Origin: Lama guanicoe
Lineage: Eukaryota
NCBI GenBank assembly: GCA_013239625.1
Contig: MU053559.1
Span: forward strand, 806,001 to 870,000
DNA: 64,000 nt
Direction of reading: 5' to 3'
Part shown: positions 53,352 to 64,000 of the stretch, one piece after another
Layout: every line of letters begins with the position of its first letter
Numbering within the stretch: position 1 is the stretch's first letter
Program-made: the position numbers and the translations under genes
Notes under the pieces: model-generated
The model's database searches: none
Told to the model about the DNA's origin: nothing
Seen by the model: only the letters and a program-made list of their open reading frames with translations

Positions 53352-53992
53352 ATGAGACTGAACCAGGTTGTACAAGGGCCCTGGCCGTCAGTGGATCCCA
53401 GTTAGAATCTGCTCCTTGAGTCCCATTGGCAGCAATGAGGCAGAATGTGGTGGTGGGGAAAATCTAGAGGACCCTCTGCTCCCACCCTGCAGCAACAAGG
53501 TGGTATGAGTCGGTTCCCTGCTTTCCCCTTCCCTCATGTCCGCAGAGCCCAGTGGCGATGACTTTACGTGTGGATGTGTAGGCAATGAGGCAATGCAAGA
53601 AGATGCCCCACTTTCACTGGTTAGGTGTCAGCAGGGTAGGGGCGGGGAAAGCTGAACTTGCACCCTGCCCATCTGCAATGAGGCTGTGTAAGCTAGCACT
53701 CCACATTGCTAGCGTGACATAGGCAGGAGCCAGCAGGAAGCCGAACATACATACCCACCTAGTCCTTGCACTCCACCTCAACAAGGGGGCGCCTGCTTAA
53801 AAAGGCTGTCAAACTGGAACAGCAGTGACCAAACCCTGGACCTCTGTGGAGTCAGCAGACCCTGGGATGTAAGCTATTTGGATGTCAGAAGACACTAATC
53901 AGGGCCAGTTGGAGTAGAAGACACTGTTTTGGGGTCGGTACACATTGCCTTCTGTGTTGTTGGTGATTCTCAGATACTGTGCTGGTGTCTAG

Positions 53993-54519
53993 TGTTGCAG
54001 AAAAAAGTGTTTCAGCTCGGTGTCACAGCTCAGTTGTGACAGCAACCTGGATCCAGGCAGTAAACCAAGCAGCACTCAGAGAGTTGGAGAACTCAGGTTT
54101 ATTACACCAACAGGCCCAGAGGAGCTAACACTCTAAGCTCTGGACCCCATCTGTAGGTTTACACAGGCCTTTCATAGGCTGCCAGTTTTACACTTTGCAA
54201 CATCGTATGCAAAGTATAACAGAAGTTGACCAACCAGGAACAAGCTTTGTAGAAATAGACCAATCAGGAGTGAGAGAAATAACCAATCAGGAGTGAGGGG
54301 AATGGACCAATCAGGAATGAGAGAAATAACCCATCAGAAGTGAAGGAAATAACCAATAAGAAATGAGCTCAGGGAACCAATAGAACTTCAGGTGTAAGCC
54401 GCTTTAGAGGCAAAAAAGTGAGAGAGAGCCTCTGGGCCAGGGAACTGGACGGTGCTGGGAGGAGAGCAGCAGCCCTGCTTAGGGGTCCTGCCAGTCTTTT
54501 TATGGGGGTTCCCCCCTCA
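53993..54519 (-). mobile_element. Solo ERV LTR, same family as 49435-50016
   Basis: Reverse complement aligns end to end by eye with 49435-50016; CCAAT array; near-TSD CTAG/GTAG. Confidence 0.85.
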
Positions 54520-56289
54520 GTAGTAGGGAGTCACAAAATACTGTGACGGAGGCTAGTGAGGAAGTCAACCTGGACTGTGTTGGGGGAAGATTGAGGGTGA
54601 GCAGAGAATATTGGAAGATAACATAGTGTTTTCAAATCCACAGTGATATTGTGTCCTCCTTAGCACATCATATCTGTATGCTGTGATGTCCATTTGTCCC
54701 AAGATAGGTGAGATTAGCTTTAATCATTCAGTTAATGCGGTGTCTGCCAGGTTCCTCCACTTTAAAATCACTATTTTCCCTTTATAATTAATAACTAATT
54801 TGTGGGGAAATACTTTGAGACTATATAAATGCTCTGTTCCTCATCTAACTTCTACCCACTGATTTACTGATGATTTCCTAACTCCATAGTTTTTCTACTT
54901 ATTAGCTGACATGCTACTATAAAGAAGTTTCCCTTCTCCCCAATTTATTTTTCATTTATTTATATATAAACATACTCATCGATTCTTATATTATTCAATC
55001 CGTTCATAACCTATTACTATATTTATATTGAAATTTTAAAATATTCTCAGATTCGGCCAGTGGGAGTCACTTCCAGCTGAAATCTTATATCCTTTTGACA
55101 TGTCCTATGATTCTTTGAGCACATCCTGACTTTCTATCACACGAAAATGTTCAGGTTCATGTTGTACTTTTCCCACCCCGTCCAGAATAACTCACATCTC
55201 CTAGTTAATAATTTTAATGAGTTTTCATCCTGATATACAACATAGTATGCCTACTACTAAATACTTAATATTATATAATATTTTGTAGGAGAAAAATATA
55301 ATTGAAATGTTGGCAATTTACTGTGTTAATGCAGTAAAAGTTATTCTTTACTAAAACAATGAGGACTAAACTAAGCCCTCTTAAGTCCTCCAGCTAATTT
55401 GAGAATTGTCAGAAACACCTTTCCTGGGCAGTTGAGCACCAGATGTTGTGCTGGGAACTGGGAAGGGAGAAATATATCATACAAACCACTGGTCTTGTAG
55501 CAACTCTGAAACTTGAAAAACAAATACAAGTGGGAAAGGTAAGCTCTCCATGGGGAAGTAAGTTTACCTACCAGTGTTGGTGAAGCTTAAATTGGATGAT
55601 TAAGACATGTGATGCAAAGTGCAAAGGTGTGGAAGTAAAAAACATATATATCTAATGTCAAATAACCCTATGGAGAAGAAGAAGGGTCTATGTGACATTG
55701 AAGGAAGCAAAATGAATTTAAAATCTGAGGACAAATGCTGGATTCCATCATAGAAAAACTAAGGAATTTTTTCCTTGAACTAATGGATCGCCATGGAGGG
55801 ATTATATATGCAGGGAAGCTATACTAACTAATTTTTATATCTTGAAAGAATTCTAGTCCCTCTTGCAATTGTATTTTATATCCCCGGATAACCTTTTAAG
55901 TGGAGGTTTTTAAAAAACAACATTAAAAGAGGAACTGACCACAAACAGAGTCTTTGCACAGAATTTTAAGTCCAGACTGAAAATGTCATATTCTATGACC
56001 AATTTTTTAAATATTAAAAAAAATTTCCAGCTTTACTGAGGAATGATTGACAAATTAAGAATTATATCTGCTTAAGGTGTACAATGTGGTGTTTTGACAT
56101 AAATATATTCTTTTAACTTTGACCTACCTGAGGCCAAAGTAGTGTCAAAGGTCCCAAAGGAAAATTAAAATGTAGGATGGTTTGCACTTATACGAAATGA
56201 GATCATCAGTGACGTGTGCACATGAAGACTCCCGTCCCCGAGTTCTGTTTTGGCTCTACACCCTTGGCTTCTTCTAGATTCTAGGTTCT

Positions 56290-56470
56290 AAACCAGCAGT
56301 TCTCAAACTTGAGCATGTACCAGAATCACCTGGAGGGTTTATCAACACACAGATCGTTAAATCCCATGTCCAAAGGTCTGGCATAAGATCCAGGAATTTG
56401 CATTTCTTCTAGTCTCTCAAATGATGCTCTATTGGTCCAAAGAACACACTGTGAGAAGCACTGTTCTAGA
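56290..56470. mobile_element. MER5A-like DNA transposon
   Basis: CAGCAGTTCTCAAACTTGAGCATG.A.CAGAATCACCTGGAGGG...CACACTGTGAGAAGCACTG. Confidence 0.8.
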
Positions 56471-59400
56471 AGACAGCTGTGGCAAAACCTATCATCAAGC
56501 ACTTTATGACAAGATTACTATTGACAATATTCTGTCTTTCCCATCAGGCTGACCCCTTTCCAGTTTACACCTGTTGTTCCAGCATAATTATTAATGACTC
56601 CCCTTTCCCATTCTAAAGTATCCTGATTTGGATGATAAAATACAAAGTCACCTCAGCTATAATCCATAATGAGATCAAATTTGTGTTTGAAATTCAATGA
56701 TCAGGAAATCTTCACCCGGAAAGACCTGTCATATTTTCTCTCTGTGGCCAATGTAAATCCTCCAAATGACTGCATCTCCTTACCAGCTATATCTGATAGG
56801 AAGATCAGAAACAAATTTAACAACTCAATTTTAATTACTCTGCAGGACCATTGGGCCCAAATGCCTACAGTCCAAATAGATTCTGGTGCTGACTTTGTTC
56901 ATTCTGTCTTATATCTTCTAACCTAAATTTATAGAGTCATACCTGGACATTTTACTATGAGGATTCTTACATCCCCCCTAACAACACTGGAAAAGCAATG
57001 ACTGTGACAAATACATGAATTAATGATAACTCATGAAAAAAATGATTATTTCCTGCTTTTTTGGGGGGGGGGCTTGGCCTTGTGAAGTTAAAGTTGCAGA
57101 GGGGACAGTATACAGATGCATTACAGGGCTCAGATTCCCAGCCTGGAAACCCTTACACCTCAGCTGGGGGCCATACCTCATGGGAGGCGCAGGGAATACC
57201 ACGTTTATGTGTCTTCAAGCTGTGTGTCTGTGACTGATATGATTGTGTGACACTTGGAAAAGGCAGGTTTCTCACTGGGACCAAGTGTACAACTGTCCCC
57301 TCCTAAGTTGTTTAATATCTGTCCTTGTACCCTGACACAAGATTTCAGTTTTTAGAAAACAATCATGGATGTGCACAAAGATTTAAATGCAGGAATTTCA
57401 CTCCAGTGGTGTTAACAGTCAAAACCAAAATCATCCTTCATAAATGTTTACTAACAAATCACAAAAATTATGATATATTCAAAGACTCGCTATTATGCAG
57501 CTGTTAAAATTGTATGCAAAAATATTTGCTGATGTGGAAAAATATTTATGTTTGAATGCAAAGCAAAAAGAGAAGGTAACCAAACAATTCTAGTTTTCAT
57601 TTAAATTAAATGTGCATTTTGACACAATATTGTAAAATGATTATAACTCAATAAAAATGTTTAAGAATAAATAAACTAAATGTGCGTGTATGAATATACT
57701 AAAAACCCATGTGCACAAACACCAAGGCACATACCGAGAAAAAATATCTGAAAGCAAATAAATCAGAACATTAATAGAATTTATAGTTAGGAGATAAGAG
57801 TTAGAGGCCACTTTACTTTTCTTCTTTCTACTTATTTATAGTGTATACCTTGTTACTACAAATATAACTAGTTGTATAATAAAACTAAAATAATGAAGTT
57901 TTATAATATATACTGTCTTACTAACCACATGACCCTGAGCTCCTGTGACAGCGAGCCTGTCCCTAGAGGTGACAGCATCCACAGGACGGTGGGAAGGAGG
58001 CAGCTGTGGGGCAGGGTCTGGCTCCCTCTTCATCTTCCTCTGTTAACAGAATCTCGAGGGGAACTTCTACTGGGAAACTTGGTCTTGGCTGTAGTGTGAT
58101 GAGGGTGGAGGACCCAGTCGGGACACCTGGTTCCAGCCCACTGCCCGTCACTCACTATCCAAGAGACCTGGACAAGTCACGTGACCTTCTCAGGCCATTT
58201 TACTCATTTTTGAAAGGAAGAGGAAGAAGGAGAAGGGCCCTAGAGACTGCGGCCACCCTACTGCCCCGCAACCCCCTAAATTCCAAAAAGAAGGGGTTTT
58301 TCTGCCCTATGTCAGGACAGCCGAGAAATCAGCAAATCCCCAAGGGTCAGGGAGAGAGGAAGCGCTGGTGGGGATCAGCTGAGCATGCGCACTGAGCCAG
58401 TGGGGAGTGAAGGGCCTGCACTGGGTGTCAGGGGGGTAGCGTCTCCCTGGCTGGGACCGGTGGTTGCCCCCGCCGGGACCTTGCCAACTTTTCCTCCATC
58501 AGCTGCATCACATTTTCCACTGAAATATGCAGGGCTCTGGGTGTGGGACACCAGCCACGTGGTGCTGACACAGCAAAGAGGATGGCGATCTGTCTCAGGG
58601 ACAGCGAGTCTAGAATCTAATGCTTCTGTGACACACTTGCCCCTTCCCCGAGGCCTTGTGCCTCGCAATTTTCACTGCAACCTTGCCAGCTACATGACAA
58701 TGATTATCACTAGGACCGTTTGACAGTAGAAGCAGTTGAAGCACAGCAAGGCTAAGTCATTTGCCAACAGGTCACACTGCTGCTAGCAAGGAGGACAAGG
58801 AAACACTCCAGTCAAGTCAGCTGACTCCCAAGTGCCCACACTCAGCCACTCCGCGATTCTGAACCCCATACAGGGTCAGAACAATATGCCTATTTTCCAT
58901 TGTCTTCAGAGAGCTCAGGGCGAGGAGGGACAGTATCTTGTGTGACTAAACTGAGCTTCTGCCTATTTCAGTGCACATCCAGGGCAACCTTCCTGGCCCT
59001 TCCTCTTCTGTCAGAGATGAAAACTCAAACTCACTCTCCTCACCCCCTTTTTGGACACTGGAAACCAGGTGTATGTCACGCCCCTGCAATAACTGACCAA
59101 CTTGGGAAAGTTGATCTCTGGTCACCTGAGGTCCAAAATTCCTGAGATCATGCCCCTGATTTCTCTGGCTGCCAATCATTCAGAATCCACCCATGGCTGG
59201 GCTACAGGGACTGCCAGAGGACACTGCAAAGTCCCCCAATCACTGGCATGGCCCGGGCTCCTCATATCATTAATCCACAGTGATGACCACGGGAACCTTG
59301 AATAATGCCCAACACAGGCACACCAGTGCCACATCCCCAGCAGGTTTCCGATCGTCCATCTTCCCAGACTGCCAATTACTGACCCACACAATTTCTAAAA

Positions 59401-59524
59401 CTGACTTATGGAGCAGTCAAACACTGACCATTCCTGAAGGATATTAACGGCTTTCATTCCAGAAACCAACCTAGTGTCCTTCACAAAATCACTGACCTTC
59501 TAGTCCCTGATTACTTGGTTCCAC

Positions 59525-60040
59525 ATCCTCACAAATTCAGTGGCCTAAAACAACACATACTTATTATCTCATAGTTTATGTGGCTCAGGAATCTGGGCAC
59601 AGCTTAGCCTGATCCTCTGTTTCAGGGTCTCTCATGAAACTGCAGTCGAGGTCTCAGCTAGATTTGGGGCCTCATATGAAGGCTCAACTGGGGAGGAATT
59701 TACTTCCAAGCTCATTTATATGGTTGTTTGCACAATTCAGTTCATTTGGACTGAAAGCCTCGGTTTCTTACTGACTGATAGTGAAAGGTCACCCTCAGTT
59801 CCCTACTATACAAGCCTCCCCAACATGGCAAGTTGCTTCACTAAATCCAGCAAGGGAGAGAGCCTTAGCAAGATAAAAGCTACAATCTCTTGTAACCTAA
59901 TCACAAAGGTGGTATCTCCTCAGTATTAAGGCATGCTATTGGTTAGAAGCAAGTTACTCAAATGGAAGGAATTGCACAAGACCATGAATACCAGGAGGCA
60001 GGGATCCTTGGGACCCGTCTTGGAAGCTGCTTCCCACAGA
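59525..60040 (-). mobile_element. MLT1E/F-like MaLR LTR
   Basis: AGTGGC.TAAAACAACA..TTATTATCTCA.AGTTT.TGTGG.TCAGGAATCTGGGCACAGCTTAGC. Confidence 0.75.
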
Positions 60041-63017
60041 CCATGGAGAAATAAGGACTCTAATGCAGAGATCCTGTACCCCTTCCCAAGAAACAATTCC
60101 TTGGGGCAAAAGAATGACAGCTTAAGACATGAAGTAATTGGAAGACTCTTCCACCAGTTTACTCTATTTGAGGAAAACACTAAAGGAAAGTATTCTAAAT
60201 AAATGAATACTAAATCAGAAGATAGATCTCAAAATAAGAGAGCAAAGCAGTGGCTAGCAAGGATTGCTGTGGCAAAATGCACACCCTCAGGTACACATTC
60301 AAATAGCTATAATTAAATCACGATAAATAAAGTCACTGAGGACTTTGAATGAAAATATTCAAGTTTTCTTGAAGCAGAATTGACTTAACCTAAGAAAAAT
60401 ATAGTCTTCAAATAAGCAGTTTAAGTTTTTCTAGAAAAATCCAGAAATAATACCGCTTATCTTGCTGAAGCAAATATGGGTGATAGAGCATCTTTCTCTG
60501 CAATCAAAGGTTCATTATATTCTGATCAAATAATAGAGAAAACAGAAATTAAATCATGCCTGTTAGAAAGGAAAAACTACATAACAGGACAGTTAGTAAA
60601 CATAAAAATTACCAAAATAATAAGGTTAGGGAGGAGGACAAAGCTGAATAGAAACTTCATTAAGCTACTGGGAAGAAGAAAAGAATAAAAGTTATATTTA
60701 GGAAATAGTAAAATTGATAATAAGGATAATATGATATAAAAAGATAAGATTATCATAATTATACAAATATAAATGGACTGAATCTCAAGACACAAATGTG
60801 GGATTAGGGCAAAAAAATACACTTACATACAGTTACAAGAAGTAGATCTTAAAGAGAAAATGCAAAATAAAAGTTTTAGACAAAGATAAACCAGGTTAGT
60901 GGCAGCAAAATGAAAGGAGCTGTGATGACGTACTTACCGAAGAAAATTCAAGGTCAAAAGCAGTCAACAAGGAAAACACATAGGGGCATTGCACAAAATG
61001 GACTAAGATATTTACTTTGGGATTCCTCTTCCCCCCCTTAAAAAAAACCCCACAAAACTACAACGAGCTATTTGTTTAAACTATTATAACATTTATTCTA
61101 TCTTTTGATAATAGCTGGAGTAGACAAAATGACAAAAATCAGAGTAAAGAAATGTTAATCATCAAACTACATTGAAAAGTCCTTATGCACCTAACAAAGA
61201 GTATAGTTTCTTCTCTCATATCCATAAAAGGTTTACAAAATTCAGTTGAGTAATCTGGGCCACAAAGAAAATCCTGAGTAATGTTTACAAATTCAGGTTC
61301 AATAGGCTACATTCTCTGATCATACTAAAATCATAATTACCAAAAAAAAAAGAAAGAAAAAATAACCAAACTATTTTAACCAGTTAGAAACTAAGAAATG
61401 TTCCTCAATAGCTATGATCAAAGGGAGAAATCAATTTTGACAATGCATCTTTCATACCAGAGTTTACGAGATACAGCTACATTTAAGGGAAAAAAAAGTA
61501 TATGCTCTCAAAACCTTTACTATTCAAAAGACTGGATCCTAATCAAGTTGGGAATTTGATTCAAGGGATTAGAAAAAGAACAAAACTAGGCAAACACAAT
61601 AAAAAGGAAACATAGAACAGAAAATCAAGAAGTGGCAATTAAAAATAAAAGCTTAAATAAATTAATTAAATAAATATAAACTTAGGGAATATAAATAAAA
61701 TAAAAAGCTAATCCTTTCAAATAGTTAATTATATGGATTAGTCCCTGGGAAATCTGATCAAATTGAAAAGAAAGGAAAAAATATAATATCAGTAATCAAA
61801 AAAAGAAGATATTGCACCAGGTAGGCAGTGAATTAAATAATTAATACATGCATTATTGTGGAATATGAGGTATATGTCTTGAGTAACATGTTTAAATATT
61901 TAGGTAAAATATGTGAGTCCCTGGGGAAAAAAAGTTATTGTGAAAATTAATGAAAAAAATCCATTAGGGACCAGTGAGTATAGAAAGAACAGGAAGAGTA
62001 ATTCAAGTCTACCATTTGAGACATACCAACACCCACTGGCAGCATTACTGGACACACCTCCTCTGGCACTGGAGGCTTGGCTGGGGCTGGCAAAGGCAGA
62101 TGTGGCAGAGGACCCAGTTCTCTCCTGGCAACCCTGCAGGTGTGAAATGGGCACAACCAGACAGGGGCTCAATGGGCAAAGCTGGCTGGAAAGGGAAGAC
62201 CCAGAGCAAGGTGGTAGCAGGAGAGCAGATGTGATGGGGCAGGTCTAGCGGGAGACAGACGGACCCGGATTGGACTGGCAGGGGCCAAGGCTGACAGAAA
62301 GGGTTGGGACCTCATGGTATGGTAAAGAGTGGACCAAGATGGGTGGGGGCAGGGGCACGACTGCCGTGACAACTTGAATTCTCAGCATTCCAAAGCAGAA
62401 TCATCAGGGAGGTCGTCTCACACTCACCTATTCCCCCATCCCAACATTTTCCCAGCACCTCTGGCCTGGGGAGTATTAACAATTACACAGAAGTCGGTCA
62501 AAGTACACTCATCAGGTGCCAATTACATACCTGATGGCCTGGGATGGGGGACTGTGGGGAACAAGGGTCACTGGCACCTAAGGTCACGTCTCCCCTGACA
62601 GAAAAGGACTCACCAAGCAGCCCAGCCACCAACTACCACCAACTGTAGTTGAAGTTTTGGAACTGGGTCCTGTGGCCAGAGAGACAAGCTGAAGGGCTAT
62701 CAGGGGATATTAAAATCTCTTGTTCTTCTAAAATTTGTAAATATAACTCTGAACAGTGGGAGATGAGGGCAGGGCAGATCCCCTGGCCTCGCCCAGGTTC
62801 AGGATAATAAGGGGGATAGAAGAACGGACAGAAATTTTGAGGACCACTCTCCCAAGGAGGCATAGACAGAGACAGGAGACCAAACAGTGAACAGAGAAGC
62901 ACCGAGAAACTCTGAGATGCCCGAGAAAAAAGTGGTGAGAGAAAGAGGTATGTAAAGAATTCACGGAATGCCACCCTTGCAGAGGGTGTTAAGTACAGGA
63001 CCTCAGTTGAGCAGGGC

Positions 63018-63164
63018 TCAGTTGTCCACTTTGGAGCGCAGGTCGCTGGTGAGTGGGTCATGCTGGATGGTCTGGTGAAGCATCAGGGCCAGCAGCCCTG
63101 CCCGATTCATCATGGCTGTGCGCACCTTCTGCTCCAGCCCCATCAGCTCTTCCAGCTTGTGCAG
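63018..63164 (-). CDS. CXXC1-like: CXXC1 (CFP1)-like paralog, terminal coding exon
   Basis: Acceptor ctcacag|; encodes LHKLEELMGLEQKVRTAMMNRAGLLALMLHQTIQHDPLTSDLRSKVDN*, compared with recalled CXXC1 WYKLDELFEQERNVRTAMTNRAGLLALMLHQTIQHDPLTTDLRSSADR*. Confidence 0.88.
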   Translation of the reverse strand: MHKLEELMGLEQKVRTAMMNRAGLLALMLHQTIQHDPLTSDLRSKVDN

Positions 63165-63240
63165 CTGTGAGCGGGTGAGTGTGAGAGGGGGCTTCTAGAC
63201 CCAATCCCGCCCCTCAGCCCCACTCAGCCTCATAGCCTAC

Positions 63241-63393
63241 CGTGCGCACACGCTCTAGGTCCACCTCGGCACGTCTCAGCTTCTCCCAGCAGTAATGGAG
63301 GCTGCACAGGTGTTTGGGGAGGCGACAGAAATCACCAGTGGACTCAAAGACATTTTGCATTAGTGGGCAACCACACACCTCATCCTCAGGTAC
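63241..63393 (-). CDS. CXXC1-like: CXXC1 (CFP1)-like paralog, penultimate coding exon
   Basis: 153 nt with cag| acceptor and |gtaggc donor; encodes VPEDEVCGCPLMQNVFESTGDFCRLPKHLCSLHYCWEKLRRAEVDLERVRT, compared with recalled CXXC1 VPADEVCGCPLVRDVFELTGDFCRLPKRQCNRHYCWEKLRRAEVDLERVRV. Confidence 0.88.
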
Positions 63394-63399
63394 CTGCGG

Positions 63400-64000
63400 G
63401 CAAGAATGAAGGATGATGGAGGAGGGTGGCAATGGAGGGTGAAAAGGCAGGCAAGATGAGAGGAAGAAGGGAAAGGAGGGCAGTCTGGCATGTAGGAGAG
63501 GAATGGGGAGGGACCTGGCAGGGGGGATGAGAGGAACTCAGTGATTAAGTAAAGGAGAGGGGGCAAAACGGGGGTGATCAAGCACGAAGGATGGAAGAAG
63601 AAGTTAAGCAGGGATGTAGGAATGGAGGTGATCCAGCAGGAAGGGCAGAAGAACAGAAAGAGGTCAAAGAGGAAGGAGAAGAAGGATGGAGGGGAGGTCT
63701 GACAGGGAGAATTAGATGAATAGGGACTGGTAAGACACTGGAGGAGGCGAGGGATGAAATTGGAGGGTGGGAGGTACAGGGACTGATTAAACATGGAGGG
63801 AGAAGGGATTAAGGAGATGATAGGCAGGGAGAAGGTGATTGGGGCAGTGAGGCAGGGAGAATAGGAATGGAGGGAAGTCAGAAAAAGAGAAGAGAGGAAT
63901 TGAGGGTGGCCATGCAGGGAGGAGGGGAGGAAGGTGGGGTGGTCAGGCAGGGGCTGGGAAAAGAACAGAGGATGGGCAAGCGAGGAGATGGGAACAAGAG
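63400..64000. repeat. Purine-rich (GA) low-complexity intronic tract
   Basis: About 600 nt strongly G/A-rich on the + strand. Confidence 0.75.

Noticed and set aside
57836..59400. Cluster of overlapping ORFs in a moderately GC-rich region
   Set aside because: No recognisable domain or exon pattern; includes MIR fragments
63360..63794. 144-aa Pro/Ser/Phe-rich ORF
   Set aside because: Artifact of the low-complexity pyrimidine-rich intron

Overview
Mammalian genomic DNA, dominated by interspersed repeats, with one 407-N assembly gap (16822-17228). About ten tRNA-Ala-derived SINEs look like the camelid vic-1 family, so the organism is probably a camel or alpaca (inference). The minus strand carries the 5' part of the KRAB zinc-finger gene ZNF81: CpG promoter and exon 1 near 42.9 kb, ATG exon at 38130-38375, and KRAB-A exon at 2497-2623; the rest of the gene lies left of the window. 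At the right end are the last two coding exons, both intact, of an intron-containing CXXC1 (CFP1) paralog (63018-63393, minus strand). As I recall, the human counterpart next to X-linked ZNF81 is the pseudogene CXXC1P1. ZNF81 intron 1 holds an RBIS (C8orf59) retrocopy. Intron 2 (35.5 kb) holds a decayed class-I-like provirus with an atypical env, an ERVL internal segment and young L1s. It also holds a four-level nest (ERV > SINE > L1 > L1) defined by target-site duplications (TSDs). The innermost insert looks like an L1 3' transduction of about 2.8 kb of foreign DNA containing an exon-like 99-nt segment. Repeat family names are from recognition only, no database search was run, and repeat boundaries are approximate unless a TSD is given.
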